In this document: positions 40,392-50,267 of the stretch, in pieces | Layout of the letters: the number at the start of each line of letters is the position of its first letter | Numbering within the stretch: the first letter of the stretch is position 1 | NCBI GenBank assembly: GCA_963665125.2 | Contig: CAXXUK010000001.1 | Span: forward strand, 640,001-704,000 | Direction: 5' to 3' | Length of the DNA: 64,000 bases | From: an uncultured Desulfarculus sp. | Lineage (GTDB): Bacteria > Desulfobacterota > Desulfarculia > Desulfarculales > Desulfarculaceae | Position numbers and translations under genes: made by a program | Notes under the pieces: model-generated | Databases searched by the model: none | What the model saw: the letters and a program-made list of their open reading frames with translations, nothing else | Told to the model about the DNA's origin: nothing

Positions 40392-41186
40392 ATGGACTTT
40401 GGCGACCCCCGTTTGATTCGAGGTTCGGTTTATCTGATCGGACTGACGGTGTTTCTGGCCTTTGAATTGGTGATTTCGTACAGACCCTCCAGCGTGTCCA
40501 AACTCCGCCGTTGGGGCATAAATTTGGGCCTCACGCTTTTCAATAACATCTTGATTTGGCTTATATTCGGCGGAACGGTATTGGCCACGGCGCAATACGT
40601 GGCAACCAACAATCTGGGCCTTCTGGGACAACTGGGCCTTCCGTTTTGGCTGAACCTTCTGATCACGGTTTTGTTTTTCGATCTCATGCTCTACGTATGG
40701 CATCTGCTCAACCATGTGGTGCCCCTGTTGTGGCGTTTTCACCGGGTGCACCACTGCGACAAGAACATGGACGTCTCCACGGCCACGCGGTTTCATATCG
40801 GGGAACTGGCCTTGTCCACGATAATCCGCATGGGCCTTATCTACGTCATAGGGTGCGACGTTTGGGGCGTGGTGCTGTTCGAGTCGTTGGTGGTGGTTTG
40901 TTCACAGTTTCACCACAGCAGCGTGCGGGTGCCCCTTTGGTTTGAGTCCATATGGTGGCTGCTGTTCGTGCCGCCTTCCATGCACCGAATTCATCATTCA
41001 GTGAAGATAAAAGAGCGCGACAGCAATTATGGTACGATCTTTTCAATTTGGGACAGATTTTGCGCTACGATGGTGTCACAGGTGGATCAGTCGGAAATCC
41101 GCATAGGAGTTGGCGGCCACTTCGATGAAACAAAGCTGGGCCTTGGTCGCCTGCTGGTTATGCCCGTTACCAGATATGTCCGTTGA
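40392..41186 (+). CDS. Sterol desaturase/fatty-acid hydroxylase family membrane protein
   Basis: His boxes HLLNH, HRVHH, FHHS, HRIHHS; SNYG...WDR. Confidence 0.85.
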   Translation: MDFGDPRLIRGSVYLIGLTVFLAFELVISYRPSSVSKLRRWGINLGLTLFNNILIWLIFGGTVLATAQYVATNNLGLLGQLGLPFWLNLLITVLFFDLMLYVWHLLNHVVPLLWRFHRVHHCDKNMDVSTATRFHIGELALSTIIRMGLIYVIGCDVWGVVLFESLVVVCSQFHHSSVRVPLWFESIWWLLFVPPSMHRIHHSVKIKERDSNYGTIFSIWDRFCATMVSQVDQSEIRIGVGGHFDETKLGLGRLLVMPVTRYVR

Positions 41187-41204
41187 AATTGACGGAGTAG
41201 CTCA

Positions 41205-42047
41205 ATGCCCTTGAAAGACTTTTTCAGCAAGGCGCCGAATCTGGATGCCGCCCAGGCCAGGAGATTCATGGGAGGTCGGATGCCCGGCGCTTATACATTG
41301 TTGGATGTGCGCCAACCGGCGGAATACGAAAAAAGCCATATACCTGGCGCAACCTTGATTCCTCTGCCGGAACTCCACAATCGCGCCGGGGAAATACCCA
41401 AGCAAAAACCGGTGATAGCCTACTGCGCCGTGGGTGGCCGCAGCAGGGCGGCTGCCCAGTTGTTGAAAGGGCAGGGTTTTGAAGAGGTGTACAACCTCTC
41501 CGGGGGTATTCAGGCCTGGGACGGTCTTGAGGCGTCCGGTCCCCGGGAATGGGCCTTTGAACTGGCCCCTGAAAAAGATGAGCCCGCCGAATGGCTTGCC
41601 ATGGCCAAACAATTGGAATATGGCCTGGGGCGTTGCTATTTGCTCATGGCCGACAATGTCGACGATAAACAGACCGCCGCGCTTTTAAGGCGCTTGGCGG
41701 ACATCGAAAAAATACACCAACAGCACATCGAAAAGATGTTTGAGCAGTTACCGCCCGGGCAGCGCGGCGTCCGGTCCTTGGCCGATGTACGGGAAAACGC
41801 ATTCATGGAAGGCGGATTTTCCGTTGAGGAGTTTTTGGCCAGGGATAGATCGCACCTGCAAGACAGGGAGCAGACCCTACAACTGGCCATCGCCCTGGAG
41901 GCCCAGGCCCTGGACCTGTATTCGCGCTTTTCCACCAAAACGAAAAGCCAGCAAATCAGGTTGTTGTTAATGGATATTGCCGGCGAGGAACAGGCTCACA
42001 TTACCGCCTTGGGAGACATGCTCGACGAAATTTTAGCCGGCCGATAA
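41205..42047 (+). CDS. Rhodanese domain fused to rubrerythrin/ferritin-like domain
   Basis: LDVR...HIPGA, YCAVGGRS; ExxH motifs EKIH and EQAH. Confidence 0.8.
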   Translation: MPLKDFFSKAPNLDAAQARRFMGGRMPGAYTLLDVRQPAEYEKSHIPGATLIPLPELHNRAGEIPKQKPVIAYCAVGGRSRAAAQLLKGQGFEEVYNLSGGIQAWDGLEASGPREWAFELAPEKDEPAEWLAMAKQLEYGLGRCYLLMADNVDDKQTAALLRRLADIEKIHQQHIEKMFEQLPPGQRGVRSLADVRENAFMEGGFSVEEFLARDRSHLQDREQTLQLAIALEAQALDLYSRFSTKTKSQQIRLLLMDIAGEEQAHITALGDMLDEILAGR

Positions 42048-42077
42048 AAAGCGCCACGACAATGTGTGGCGCTTTTT
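42046..42077. terminator. Bidirectional terminator
   Basis: aaaaagcgccac/gtggcgcttttt. Confidence 0.8.
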
Positions 42078-42094
42078 GTCTTCATGGTGCCGTA

Positions 42095-42463
42095 TTAGGC
42101 CGTGGCTTCGGAATGCCCCGACAGAAACATCTTTAGCATTGCCTGCTGATTGGTGCTCAATGAGCCAAGCTGCAAACCGCAACGCCGCACCATCAACCCG
42201 GCCTTGGAACAGGTTTCCTCCAGTTTGTTGTCGTAAACGATCCTGCACGGCAGCTTTTGTAAAAGCAGACCCTGGTCCAGGAGCATCAGGTCGATCTCGG
42301 TAAACTGGCCGTCAACCCCGTTGGTGGAGATATATTCGATACTCAATCCATCTGAACTGATATCGAGAACCCTGCCCATTGTTTCAAACATCGGCCTCAT
42401 TACGGCGTATGTCTGCTTCTTGGGGCGCAACCTGTTATGTTTGCGGTTTTCAGATTTTTTCAT
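42095..42463 (-). CDS. PilZ-domain protein
   Basis: RKHNR (RxxxR) and DISSDG; ATG 42463 with GGAG RBS. Confidence 0.75.
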   Translation of the reverse strand: MKKSENRKHNRLRPKKQTYAVMRPMFETMGRVLDISSDGLSIEYISTNGVDGQFTEIDLMLLDQGLLLQKLPCRIVYDNKLEETCSKAGLMVRRCGLQLGSLSTNQQAMLKMFLSGHSEATA

Positions 42464-42709
42464 TTGTGCATCTTCTCCGCAGCAAATAAATGTTGATAAG
42501 TCACAAGAGGAATTTTTCAACATTTCACTTTTGTTATTAGAATATTGCCCTAGAGGTGTTACATCAAGGGTGATATTGATGAATAAAAGAGGTATTAAAA
42601 ATACCACCATATCTATTTTTTCATGCAATATCTCTAATAAAAATATGTTATATCAAAAAGATGCAAAATTAGACCGTGATAATTCCATACTGCGATAAGG
42701 GGTAGCAAG

Positions 42710-43330
42710 ATGGACAACCATGATTTAGCTTACACGGATGAAAAATCAGGGGGATCGGCTCAAAGGTGTGAATTCTTGGAAAGACGCGTTGCCGAACTTG
42801 AACGAAGCCTTGAACAAGCCATGGCTTTGGCTGAACAGCGCTCAAAAATGCTGGAACAGGCTCGCGCAGAATACGATAATCTGGTCAATCAATTGCTGGA
42901 AAGCAACAAGGCCATGGCCGCCTTGGCCCGCAGTATGGAAAAAATGCACCTGGATTCCGAACGCGCGGTGGCCCGGCGTATTCAGGGCGTAACGCGGCCG
43001 ATTCTTGAGAAAATCAGCCGGGACGAGACGTTAATAACGGTGCATACGGAATTGGGCGCTGCGGTCGACGAACTCGATGACCTGGCGGCCGGCCTGGGAG
43101 ACGGCGAGGGAATCCTGCAAAAACTGACCCCCAGCGAAAGACGCATTGCCGTGATGGTCAAATCCGGGATGAGCAGTCAGCAAATATCAGATTCATTGCA
43201 TATCGCCATTGATACGGTGAAAACACACCGCCGCAACATCAGGCGCAAACTTGACCTTGGCAACAGGAAGGCCAACCTAAGGAGGTATTTGCGCAACAGC
43301 CTAGGCCGTGGAACGGAAAGCTCCGGTTAG
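42710..43330 (+). CDS. Coiled-coil + LuxR HTH regulator
   Basis: LTPSERRIA...TVKTHRRNIRRKL. Confidence 0.8.
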   Translation: MDNHDLAYTDEKSGGSAQRCEFLERRVAELERSLEQAMALAEQRSKMLEQARAEYDNLVNQLLESNKAMAALARSMEKMHLDSERAVARRIQGVTRPILEKISRDETLITVHTELGAAVDELDDLAAGLGDGEGILQKLTPSERRIAVMVKSGMSSQQISDSLHIAIDTVKTHRRNIRRKLDLGNRKANLRRYLRNSLGRGTESSG

Positions 43331-43338
43331 GGTTTGGT

Positions 43339-44367
43339 CTAACCCAGAGGTATCTGTTCGATGTTTTCGGCCGAGATCCGCAGGTCGCCGTTCTCTATCT
43401 GATGGATCATTTCCAAAATGGTTTGGTTCACCGGAGTGGGTACGTTGTACTGTACGCCTTTTTGGCAAATATACCCATTTAGAAAATCTACCTCGGTACG
43501 GCGGCCTCTTTGCAGCGACTGAAGGCTGGGTGATTTGATTCGCTCATAATCGGCGGCTATGGCTTTGACAAAGCGGTGTTTTTTAAACAAGGTCATGATG
43601 CCTCGTCCCTTGACCAGCCGCACGAAGTCTATTTTGTTTTCCGACGAAGGCGGGATCTGTAGGCCCATGGCCTGGGCAACCTTGACGGCCTCCCTGCTGA
43701 TTGCCATGAAAATCGACCTGATGCGGCGGTTTTCCACCTGCTTGCCCAGTTCCAACCCAGTAATGGCCCCCATGCTGTTGATGCATGAGTCCATTATCAA
43801 TTTGGCGAAAAGTTCCCCCATGATGTTGTCGGAAACCCTTGTGGGCTTGACCAGATCAAGAAACCCCCGGATTTCTTCCAGATCGTTCGGATCTCCGTCC
43901 TCCAGCAGTCCCACTACGTTGCTGCCCGGAGATGTGAGTTCGACCTCACCGGGTTCGTGCATCGTCGAGCCCCAGTTGAGAACGCAACCGACCACTCTTT
44001 GCTTGCCCACGATTTCAGCAATATCTTCTTCTATAATGCCGTTTTGCATTGTCACCACGAAACCGTTCGGAGAAAGAATGGCTGGCAGTTGCTCGGCCAC
44101 ATCCAGGGCTTCGTTGGCCTTGGTGGCAAGAAATACGATGTCTTTGCGCGTGGAAATTTCATCAATCCGGGCCACGGCTTCAACCTTGACCGTAATGTCG
44201 AAACCTTGGCCAAAGATATGAAAACCAGGATACAACGCCCGGTCGGCGATTTGGGTGTGCTTGCAGACCAACTCGACTCTGCGTCCTGCTCTGGCCATCA
44301 TTGACGCAGTCACTGCTCCGATGGCGCCCGCTCCAACAATTAATACGGGACTATTCGAACTGATCAT
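43339..44367 (-). CDS. panE: Ketopantoate reductase family protein
   Basis: GAGAIG, LATK, QNG, SLQRGRRTEVDFLNG; ATG 44367 with GGAGG RBS. Confidence 0.8.
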   Translation of the reverse strand: MISSNSPVLIVGAGAIGAVTASMMARAGRRVELVCKHTQIADRALYPGFHIFGQGFDITVKVEAVARIDEISTRKDIVFLATKANEALDVAEQLPAILSPNGFVVTMQNGIIEEDIAEIVGKQRVVGCVLNWGSTMHEPGEVELTSPGSNVVGLLEDGDPNDLEEIRGFLDLVKPTRVSDNIMGELFAKLIMDSCINSMGAITGLELGKQVENRRIRSIFMAISREAVKVAQAMGLQIPPSSENKIDFVRLVKGRGIMTLFKKHRFVKAIAADYERIKSPSLQSLQRGRRTEVDFLNGYICQKGVQYNVPTPVNQTILEMIHQIENGDLRISAENIEQIPLG

Positions 44368-44584
44368 AAGCGGCCTCCGCGGTGGAAAATCAATGGTGTC
44401 ATTTTTGCTGGCTATAACATGTTCTGTCAACAGCACTCGGTTAAACTAAGAATAAAAATTGTGTCTGTTCCGCCCGGGAGGCCACATCGCTGGTGAAAAA
44501 AACATCACAGCCCGTCCATCTCAATTGAGTTGCAAAGGGTTATCATTTAAAATGATTATGTATATCCATGTAACTGGATTGAAG

Positions 44585-44944
44585 ATGGTACAAGATGAGC
44601 TTCTAAACTTGGACGAAGAAGAGCCCCGGCGCAAACACCCAAGAAAAGCCGTGGACTTACGGGCTACTATTGAATATCTAGATCCTGAAGGTGGTTGGTA
44701 TCCCGTTCAGGGCTGGGTTACGGAGATAAGCCTGAAGGGGATTCGACTGCGTCTGCCAAAGGACATCGGCGTGTCAATTAAGGATCGCGTGAGGATTTTT
44801 ATTCACAAACCAGGCATTGAGACCTCTGGCAAAGTTAAGCACATCACCACTGATGAAAATAGCCATTTGGTCCTATCCATCGGCATCAAACTGACCGAAA
44901 TGAGCCGAGAGCACTGGGCGGCCTGGCAGGTAATTGTCGGCTAA
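44585..44944 (+). CDS. PilZ-domain protein
   Basis: RKHPR and EISLKG; start uncertain. Confidence 0.65.
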   Translation: MVQDELLNLDEEEPRRKHPRKAVDLRATIEYLDPEGGWYPVQGWVTEISLKGIRLRLPKDIGVSIKDRVRIFIHKPGIETSGKVKHITTDENSHLVLSIGIKLTEMSREHWAAWQVIVG

Positions 44945-44982
44945 GCATTTCCGATCGATTTTGTTTCAATATCAATTCATGA

Positions 44983-45031
44983 AAAAGAGAAAACATTTAC
45001 GGCGGCACCGCATGGGTAACCGCCGTAAATG
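44983..45031 (-). terminator. Terminator after tRNA-His
   Basis: Perfect 12-bp catttacggcgg/ccgccgtaaatg stem, T-rich tail on the minus strand. Confidence 0.75.
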
Positions 45032-45044
45032 ATTTATCATTTTA

Positions 45045-45122
45045 TGGGGTGGCTGATGGGACTTGAACCCACGGCCTCCAGGGCCACAACCTGGCGCTCT
45101 AACCAACTGAGCTACAGCCACC
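45045..45122 (-). tRNA. tRNA-His(GTG), with encoded G-1 and CCA
   Basis: GGTGGCTGTAGCTCAGTTGG...CCAGG-TTGTGGC-CCTGG...GGTTCAAGTCC...CAGCCACCCCA. Confidence 0.97.
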
Positions 45123-45333
45123 ATATGTGCAAAGTATGAACAATAGTCAGTCTTTGCGCCACGGTTATATAGCAGAGCGCAGCGTTTCTGGCAAGGGATT
45201 TCACCTTAAAACGAGCGCGGTCCATTGTCTTGACAGCTAACACCTCGTACTCTACGATTTCATAGGGCCGCAAAGCGCGGCCACTGTTTTTAGGACGTGC
45301 TGTCCTGATGAAACAAGAAAGGAAAATACGGCT

Positions 45334-47223
45334 TTGCAGCTGATAGATATATTGAAAACCAGAACCAGGCATCCCTTCAGGCCGCGATCGTCGGATATAG
45401 TCCAGCGCCTGTTTGAGGACTTCAGGGATTACAAACCCAAGGGCAGTTCTCTGATCATGGGCGAAGGGCACTTGGATGGAAAGCGAATCTATGTGGTTGG
45501 TCAGCAAAAACCCAAGCCTGAGCAACTGCGAAAATCCGCGGATTTGGGCAAGCTCAACTGGGGCATGCTCACCTCCGAGGAGCATGCCCAGGTGTTGGCC
45601 CTGCTGGAACGTATTAAGCAAGATGGACCCCAGGAAGACGCGATCCTTCTTTCGCTGATCGACACCTATGGCGCTGATATCTCGATGGAATCAGCTAGAC
45701 AGCTCCAGGCGTTCTTCATCGCCCACCTGATCCAGGCCTATTTGTGCGTGCCTATCCGTACCATCAGCATCGTCATCGGCGAGGGCGGTTCCGGCGGCGC
45801 CTTGGCTCTACAGGTTGCCGACAGGCGCGCGGCCATGGAGGACTCCCTTTACGCCACGGCTCCGCCCGAATCTCTGGCGGCCATTATTTTCCGCGATCCC
45901 AACCGCATTGAACAGGCCCTGGCCATCAGCAAAAGCAGCTCAAAAGACCTTAAATATTTCAAGGTGATAGACGCTATAATTCCCCAGGCCAAAAAGGTTG
46001 ACGATGTCGGGGCGATGGCGCGCAACATCAAGGCCTACCTGGAAAAAACCGTCAAGGATTTGTGCAAGATCCGCCTCGACCGGCTGATGAAAAAGCGCAT
46101 GGAACAGGCCGGTGTGCTGGGCGTGGTCCAGCGGGGTAAATTCTACGAGATAAAGCGTTTCATTGAGCGTCCCCTGAAGACCTTCAACAAGCCCCCCGTG
46201 GATATCAAGCTCATTTCAGACCCATCCGGTTCGACGATCCACCTGGACGACTCCTACGGTGACGGCACGGCCCTGATGCCTGGCGACGCCTACATCCGCT
46301 GCGGCGAGGAAAAGGAAGGGGCCAGCGGCGACGGCTGCGGCGCGGTGGTGCCCCTCGCCGACTATATGGCGAACCACCTGATCTGCCCCCATTGCGGCAA
46401 ACAGCACGTCTTGGACGCAGCCGGCTGGGTCAATGCCTTGGCCGACCAGGGCTCTTTCCATGAGCTGTTCCGCAACATTACGGTGGCAGATGTATTGCCC
46501 GAGGAAGACATCCACGCCTATTACCGCGAATTTTTGGACAAGCAAAAGGGCCGCACCAACTTCACCGAGTCGCTGGTCACCGCCCACGCCCGCATCTATG
46601 GCTATCCGGCGGTGTTGGCCATTAGCGAGTTCAACTTTGCCGGCGGTTCCATGGGCGTGGTGTTCGGCGAAAAATTCCGCATGGCCGTGGAGTACGCCAC
46701 CCGCAAACGCTGGCCTTTGGTGAGCGTTTGCTGTTCTGGCGGCGCACGCCTCTATGAGGGCATTGTCGCCCTGATGCAGATGACCAAGACAGTGGCCGCC
46801 GTTGAACGCCTGAAACAGGCGGGCATACCCTATATATCTATCCTGGCCGATCCCAGTTCGGGCGGGGCCATTGCCTCCTACGCCGCTCTGGGCGATGTGT
46901 GCATTGCCGAGCCCAACGCCCTGGTGATATTCACCGGCCCCAGGGTGATGAAGGCCCGTGGGTTTGCCGTGCAGGATGACCTTGTGCGTTCGGATTCCCT
47001 CCTGGAAGTCTCGGCCGAGGCCCTGGAACTGCCGGAGTTTTATGGCAATATCCGGGGAATCCAGGAAGTGGTGCCCAGGGCTCAGATGCGCCGGGCCGTT
47101 GCCAGATATTTGCAGCTATACGAGAGGTTCCGGGCCGGAGAGAAGCCTAAAAAGGGCTTGAGGCCCTATTGGCGGATGCTTGCCCGCCGAGCCGGAATGG
47201 AGCCTAATGATGACAACGGCTGA
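45334..47223 (+). CDS. Fused acetyl-CoA carboxylase carboxyltransferase, alpha then beta
   Basis: N-half IDTYGA, IGEGGSGGALA (AccA); C-half CPHCG, GGSMG, SGGARLYEG, FTGPRV (AccD). Confidence 0.85.
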   Translation: MQLIDILKTRTRHPFRPRSSDIVQRLFEDFRDYKPKGSSLIMGEGHLDGKRIYVVGQQKPKPEQLRKSADLGKLNWGMLTSEEHAQVLALLERIKQDGPQEDAILLSLIDTYGADISMESARQLQAFFIAHLIQAYLCVPIRTISIVIGEGGSGGALALQVADRRAAMEDSLYATAPPESLAAIIFRDPNRIEQALAISKSSSKDLKYFKVIDAIIPQAKKVDDVGAMARNIKAYLEKTVKDLCKIRLDRLMKKRMEQAGVLGVVQRGKFYEIKRFIERPLKTFNKPPVDIKLISDPSGSTIHLDDSYGDGTALMPGDAYIRCGEEKEGASGDGCGAVVPLADYMANHLICPHCGKQHVLDAAGWVNALADQGSFHELFRNITVADVLPEEDIHAYYREFLDKQKGRTNFTESLVTAHARIYGYPAVLAISEFNFAGGSMGVVFGEKFRMAVEYATRKRWPLVSVCCSGGARLYEGIVALMQMTKTVAAVERLKQAGIPYISILADPSSGGAIASYAALGDVCIAEPNALVIFTGPRVMKARGFAVQDDLVRSDSLLEVSAEALELPEFYGNIRGIQEVVPRAQMRRAVARYLQLYERFRAGEKPKKGLRPYWRMLARRAGMEPNDDNG

Positions 47224-47848
47224 TCCCTCGGAAATTAAATTATTCCGTTGGTCTGAAGACCTGCCCGAGGCCTTGTGGCAGGACCTGAAAAAGAGGTTAG
47301 CCCCTGAGGCCGCGGACGCGGTGGGGGCTGAATGGGACGGCGGGCTTTTCAAGATAACTTTGTTGGGCCGGACATACGCCGTTGACCCTGAGAACTGCAT
47401 TGTCAACGACCTGGACGAACTCGGCAAACGCGTCAGCTTCCAGGCCGGTTTGATCCTGATTACCACGATGGCCAACTCCACCGGCGCGGCCCCCAGCGGC
47501 GAGATGGTTTTGCCCAGGGAACTGCCGGGCGGAGACTTTTTTTTCGTGGGGCCCCATGCCATCAACACCCCGGCCCTGGAAAAACGTTTTGGCGCCGATC
47601 CTTCCGAGTTGATCCAGCGGGGCGAGGCCCTCGGCGGCAAGCCTGTTGAGGGCGCCGACGCGGCGGTGATGGTCCAGGCCCTGCCCATGATCCCGATGTG
47701 GGCCATGGTTTGGCAAGGAGACGAGGAATTTCCGGCCAAGGCCATTGTGGGCATAGACTCCAGGGCCCATTACCACATGGCCCTGGACGTGGTTTTCGCC
47801 CTGACAAATATATTTATTCACCGGCTGACCGGGGGGCGCAATGGGTGA
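47207..47848 (+). CDS. DUF3786-like protein
   Basis: RELPGG..FF, ALPMIP..WQGDEEFPA pattern. Confidence 0.65.
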   Translation: MMTTADPSEIKLFRWSEDLPEALWQDLKKRLAPEAADAVGAEWDGGLFKITLLGRTYAVDPENCIVNDLDELGKRVSFQAGLILITTMANSTGAAPSGEMVLPRELPGGDFFFVGPHAINTPALEKRFGADPSELIQRGEALGGKPVEGADAAVMVQALPMIPMWAMVWQGDEEFPAKAIVGIDSRAHYHMALDVVFALTNIFIHRLTGGRNG

Positions 47849-48200
47849 CGGCACCGGCGCATGCGGCCTCAACTGCATGGTTTGCGGTTTGTTTCGCCAG
47901 GGCAAGTGCAGCCCTTGCGGCAGCGGTTTGGAGCCCCAGGCCCAGCAGAAATTGGCCGCTCAACTCAAGCTGTTCGGCGGCACCTGCGCCATATTGCAGT
48001 GCGCGGTGGAACGCAAAATCGCCTATTGCTCGGCAGATTGCGACCGTTATCCTTGCCGGAAATTCATGCAGGGACCATACCCGCTGAGCCAGGGGTATTT
48101 GGAAATGCAACTGCGCCGCAGGGCCAAGCCGGGCAACAAGCCGGTGGACACGGGCGCGAAAAAGCGCCAAGAGCCCGACGATACTGGCACTCTGCATTAA
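47841..48200 (+). CDS. Cys-rich DUF3795-like protein
   Basis: ACGLNCMVC...CSPC...CAILQC...YCSADCDRYPC. Confidence 0.65.
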   Translation: MGDGTGACGLNCMVCGLFRQGKCSPCGSGLEPQAQQKLAAQLKLFGGTCAILQCAVERKIAYCSADCDRYPCRKFMQGPYPLSQGYLEMQLRRRAKPGNKPVDTGAKKRQEPDDTGTLH

Positions 48201-48251
48201 ATCGGCCTTGGCAGAGGCTGGACCTTATGTTAGGTTTTGCAGCACAATCAA

Positions 48252-48328
48252 GCCCTCGTAGCTCATCTGGATAGAGCGACGGCCTCCTAAGCCGTAGGCA
48301 GTGCGTTCGAGTCGCGCCGGGGGCACCA
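48252..48328 (+). tRNA. tRNA-Arg(CCT)
   Basis: GCCCTCGTAGCTCA...ACGGC-CTCCTAA-GCCGT...GTTCGAGTC...CGGGGGCACCA. Confidence 0.97.
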
Positions 48329-48406
48329 ATGATATCAATGGGTTAGCCGTAATTGGCTGGCCCATTTTTTGTTAAAACTGTCACCAGAACTGTCACGCCA
48401 ACGGGT

Positions 48407-48631
48407 TGATCCAGCCCAGTTTTGACGGACACGCGTTTAAGCGAGTAAATTGCTTAACGGAGGTGTTCTATGCCATCACAGAAGAGCCAGAAAAAATCCA
48501 CCAGGCGGCGCTATTCGCCGGAATTCAAGATTGAGGCGCTGGGCTTGGCCGAGCAAGTGGGCGTGGCTGGTGCGGCCCAGCCCTTTGTAGTAGCCTATTT
48601 GAGCCCGAAACCGTCGTCAATTGTCACTTGA
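48407..48631 (+). mobile_element. Truncated IS3-family element (left IR and 5' part of orfA)
   Basis: TGATCCAGCCCAGTTTTGACGGACAC resembles the IS3 left IR; ORF 48470-48631 MPSQK...RRYSPEFKIEALGLAEQVGVAGAA is IS3 OrfA-like, then diverges; no orfB. Confidence 0.8.
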
Positions 48632-48659
48632 TCTGTCGCGCCGAAGGGTGCCGAATGTC

Positions 48660-48715
48660 GATGCAGGTCTAATGCAAAAACGGATAAACCATTGCTTCTG
48701 GATTAGACCTGCATC
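48660..48715. terminator. Long inverted repeat 3' of dehydratase gene
   Basis: gatgcaggtctaat/attagacctgcatc, 14-bp perfect arms. Confidence 0.55.
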
Positions 48716-48744
48716 TTTCTGACGTGCTTACAACAATCCCTGTA

Positions 48745-50235
48745 TTAAACCAAGCTGTCGCCCAACGTGGGTTCCAAGTCGCGCAATTTAGAATCGTCGA
48801 GCTTTTCGTCGATACCGGCCAGATACCTCGCTATATTCATGCAGTCTTGGTAGTCGTATCCCAGGTTAAGGGAGATCGTCTCCATAATGGGCGAACCACC
48901 TCCGTGCACTCCGGCGATCTTGTACCACGCCGCCATGCCCGAGGCTCCGATGTCCTCCACCAGCTTCCATATCTTCAGTGAATCGTCAGCGGGCACTTTT
49001 GTATTGCGCTGGATGAACTTGTTGAGCACCTCGACGTTTTCCCCTTCATGGAAATCCTGGTGGAATGGCATGGTCACCGAAATGCCCCCGGCAATCTCGG
49101 TGAGAATGTTGAACTCGTGGTAGATCATCTCGCCGGTCAGACGGCGGCCCACGTTGGCGTAGATCTCGTTGGGAAAGAACACGCCGCTGGAGGTCTTGGT
49201 GCCGTACAGGGCGGCGGCGACACCGGCGGAAAAGGCCAGGGCCGCGGTGCTGGCGAACTCGGTCAATTTTTCTTTTACATGGGAGGTCTTCATGATGTTG
49301 TTGGCCTGGGCCGCCAACAGGGTTGCGCCGCAGAGCACGTCGCTCATGGCCGGTTTGCAGCCGCAATAGCTGTGACGGTGGGAGTTGGCGAAGAGCAGGG
49401 CCATGCGCCTGCCGAATTCCCACTCGCCGCACATGAAGACCCGCTCCTTGGGGATGAAGACATCGTCGAACAGGATTACCGAATCCGAAACGCCATATTG
49501 GCAGAAAGGCGAGGCGTCGTCTTCGTGGGCGTTGCGGTGCCAGACCGGCCTGGTGATTAGCTTGACCCCCTCGGTGTCCGGCGGAATGGCGAAGGCCACG
49601 GCATAATCGCGGTCATCCTCCATGAGCGCCCTGGTGGGCACCACCACCATTTCTTCGGCATAAGCCACCGTGGTGATGGACATCTTGTAGCCGCGCACGA
49701 CTATTCCGTCATCGCGCTCTTCCACTATCCTCAGATAGTGGTCGGGATTCTCCTGCTGGGACGGACGCAGCATCCGGTCCCCTTTGCTGTCGGTCTGGGC
49801 CGTGCAGCCGGCTAAATCTTTTCGTTGGTATTCGCTGAACCAGGCCAGAAAACGTTTGTGGTATTCGGTCCCCTTGGCTTCGTCCATTTCCTTGGTGCAA
49901 ACGGCCAGGGCTATGATGCCGTCCTGTCCCATGCAGCGCTGGATGCAGCCGCCGGACCGGCGTGAGCCAAGCCTGATCAGCTTTTGTTTTTGCATCAGAT
50001 CGTGAGGGTTTTGGGGGAGATAGGCGAAACGGTTTACCTCCTCGCCGATCAGGGAAGATTGGGCGGTGGCCAGGCCCTTCCACTCTGGGTCCTGCGCCAG
50101 GTCAAAGGAAATATCAAAGACCTTGATGCCCGGTTTGAGGCGCGGGTCGTCCCTGCCGACCTTTTCGCCCGCAATATAAATGTTCGGACGCATGCTATAG
50201 ATGTGATCGTGGAATTGTTCCTTTGTGCGAAGCAT
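48745..50235 (-). CDS. 4-hydroxybutyryl-CoA dehydratase-like (AbfD/HpaB fold, FAD + [4Fe-4S])
   Basis: CIQRCMG and HRHSYCGCK match AbfD Fe-S ligands; TDSKGDR, HGGGSP. Confidence 0.8.
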   Translation of the reverse strand: MLRTKEQFHDHIYSMRPNIYIAGEKVGRDDPRLKPGIKVFDISFDLAQDPEWKGLATAQSSLIGEEVNRFAYLPQNPHDLMQKQKLIRLGSRRSGGCIQRCMGQDGIIALAVCTKEMDEAKGTEYHKRFLAWFSEYQRKDLAGCTAQTDSKGDRMLRPSQQENPDHYLRIVEERDDGIVVRGYKMSITTVAYAEEMVVVPTRALMEDDRDYAVAFAIPPDTEGVKLITRPVWHRNAHEDDASPFCQYGVSDSVILFDDVFIPKERVFMCGEWEFGRRMALLFANSHRHSYCGCKPAMSDVLCGATLLAAQANNIMKTSHVKEKLTEFASTAALAFSAGVAAALYGTKTSSGVFFPNEIYANVGRRLTGEMIYHEFNILTEIAGGISVTMPFHQDFHEGENVEVLNKFIQRNTKVPADDSLKIWKLVEDIGASGMAAWYKIAGVHGGGSPIMETISLNLGYDYQDCMNIARYLAGIDEKLDDSKLRDLEPTLGDSLV

Positions 50236-50267
50236 TTATCAATCTCCCTTTTATTCCCTGGGCGGTT

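Noticed and set aside
48745..50235. 4-hydroxyphenylacetate 3-monooxygenase call
   Set aside because: Fe-S ligand motifs are those of AbfD-type dehydratases, and the host is anaerobic
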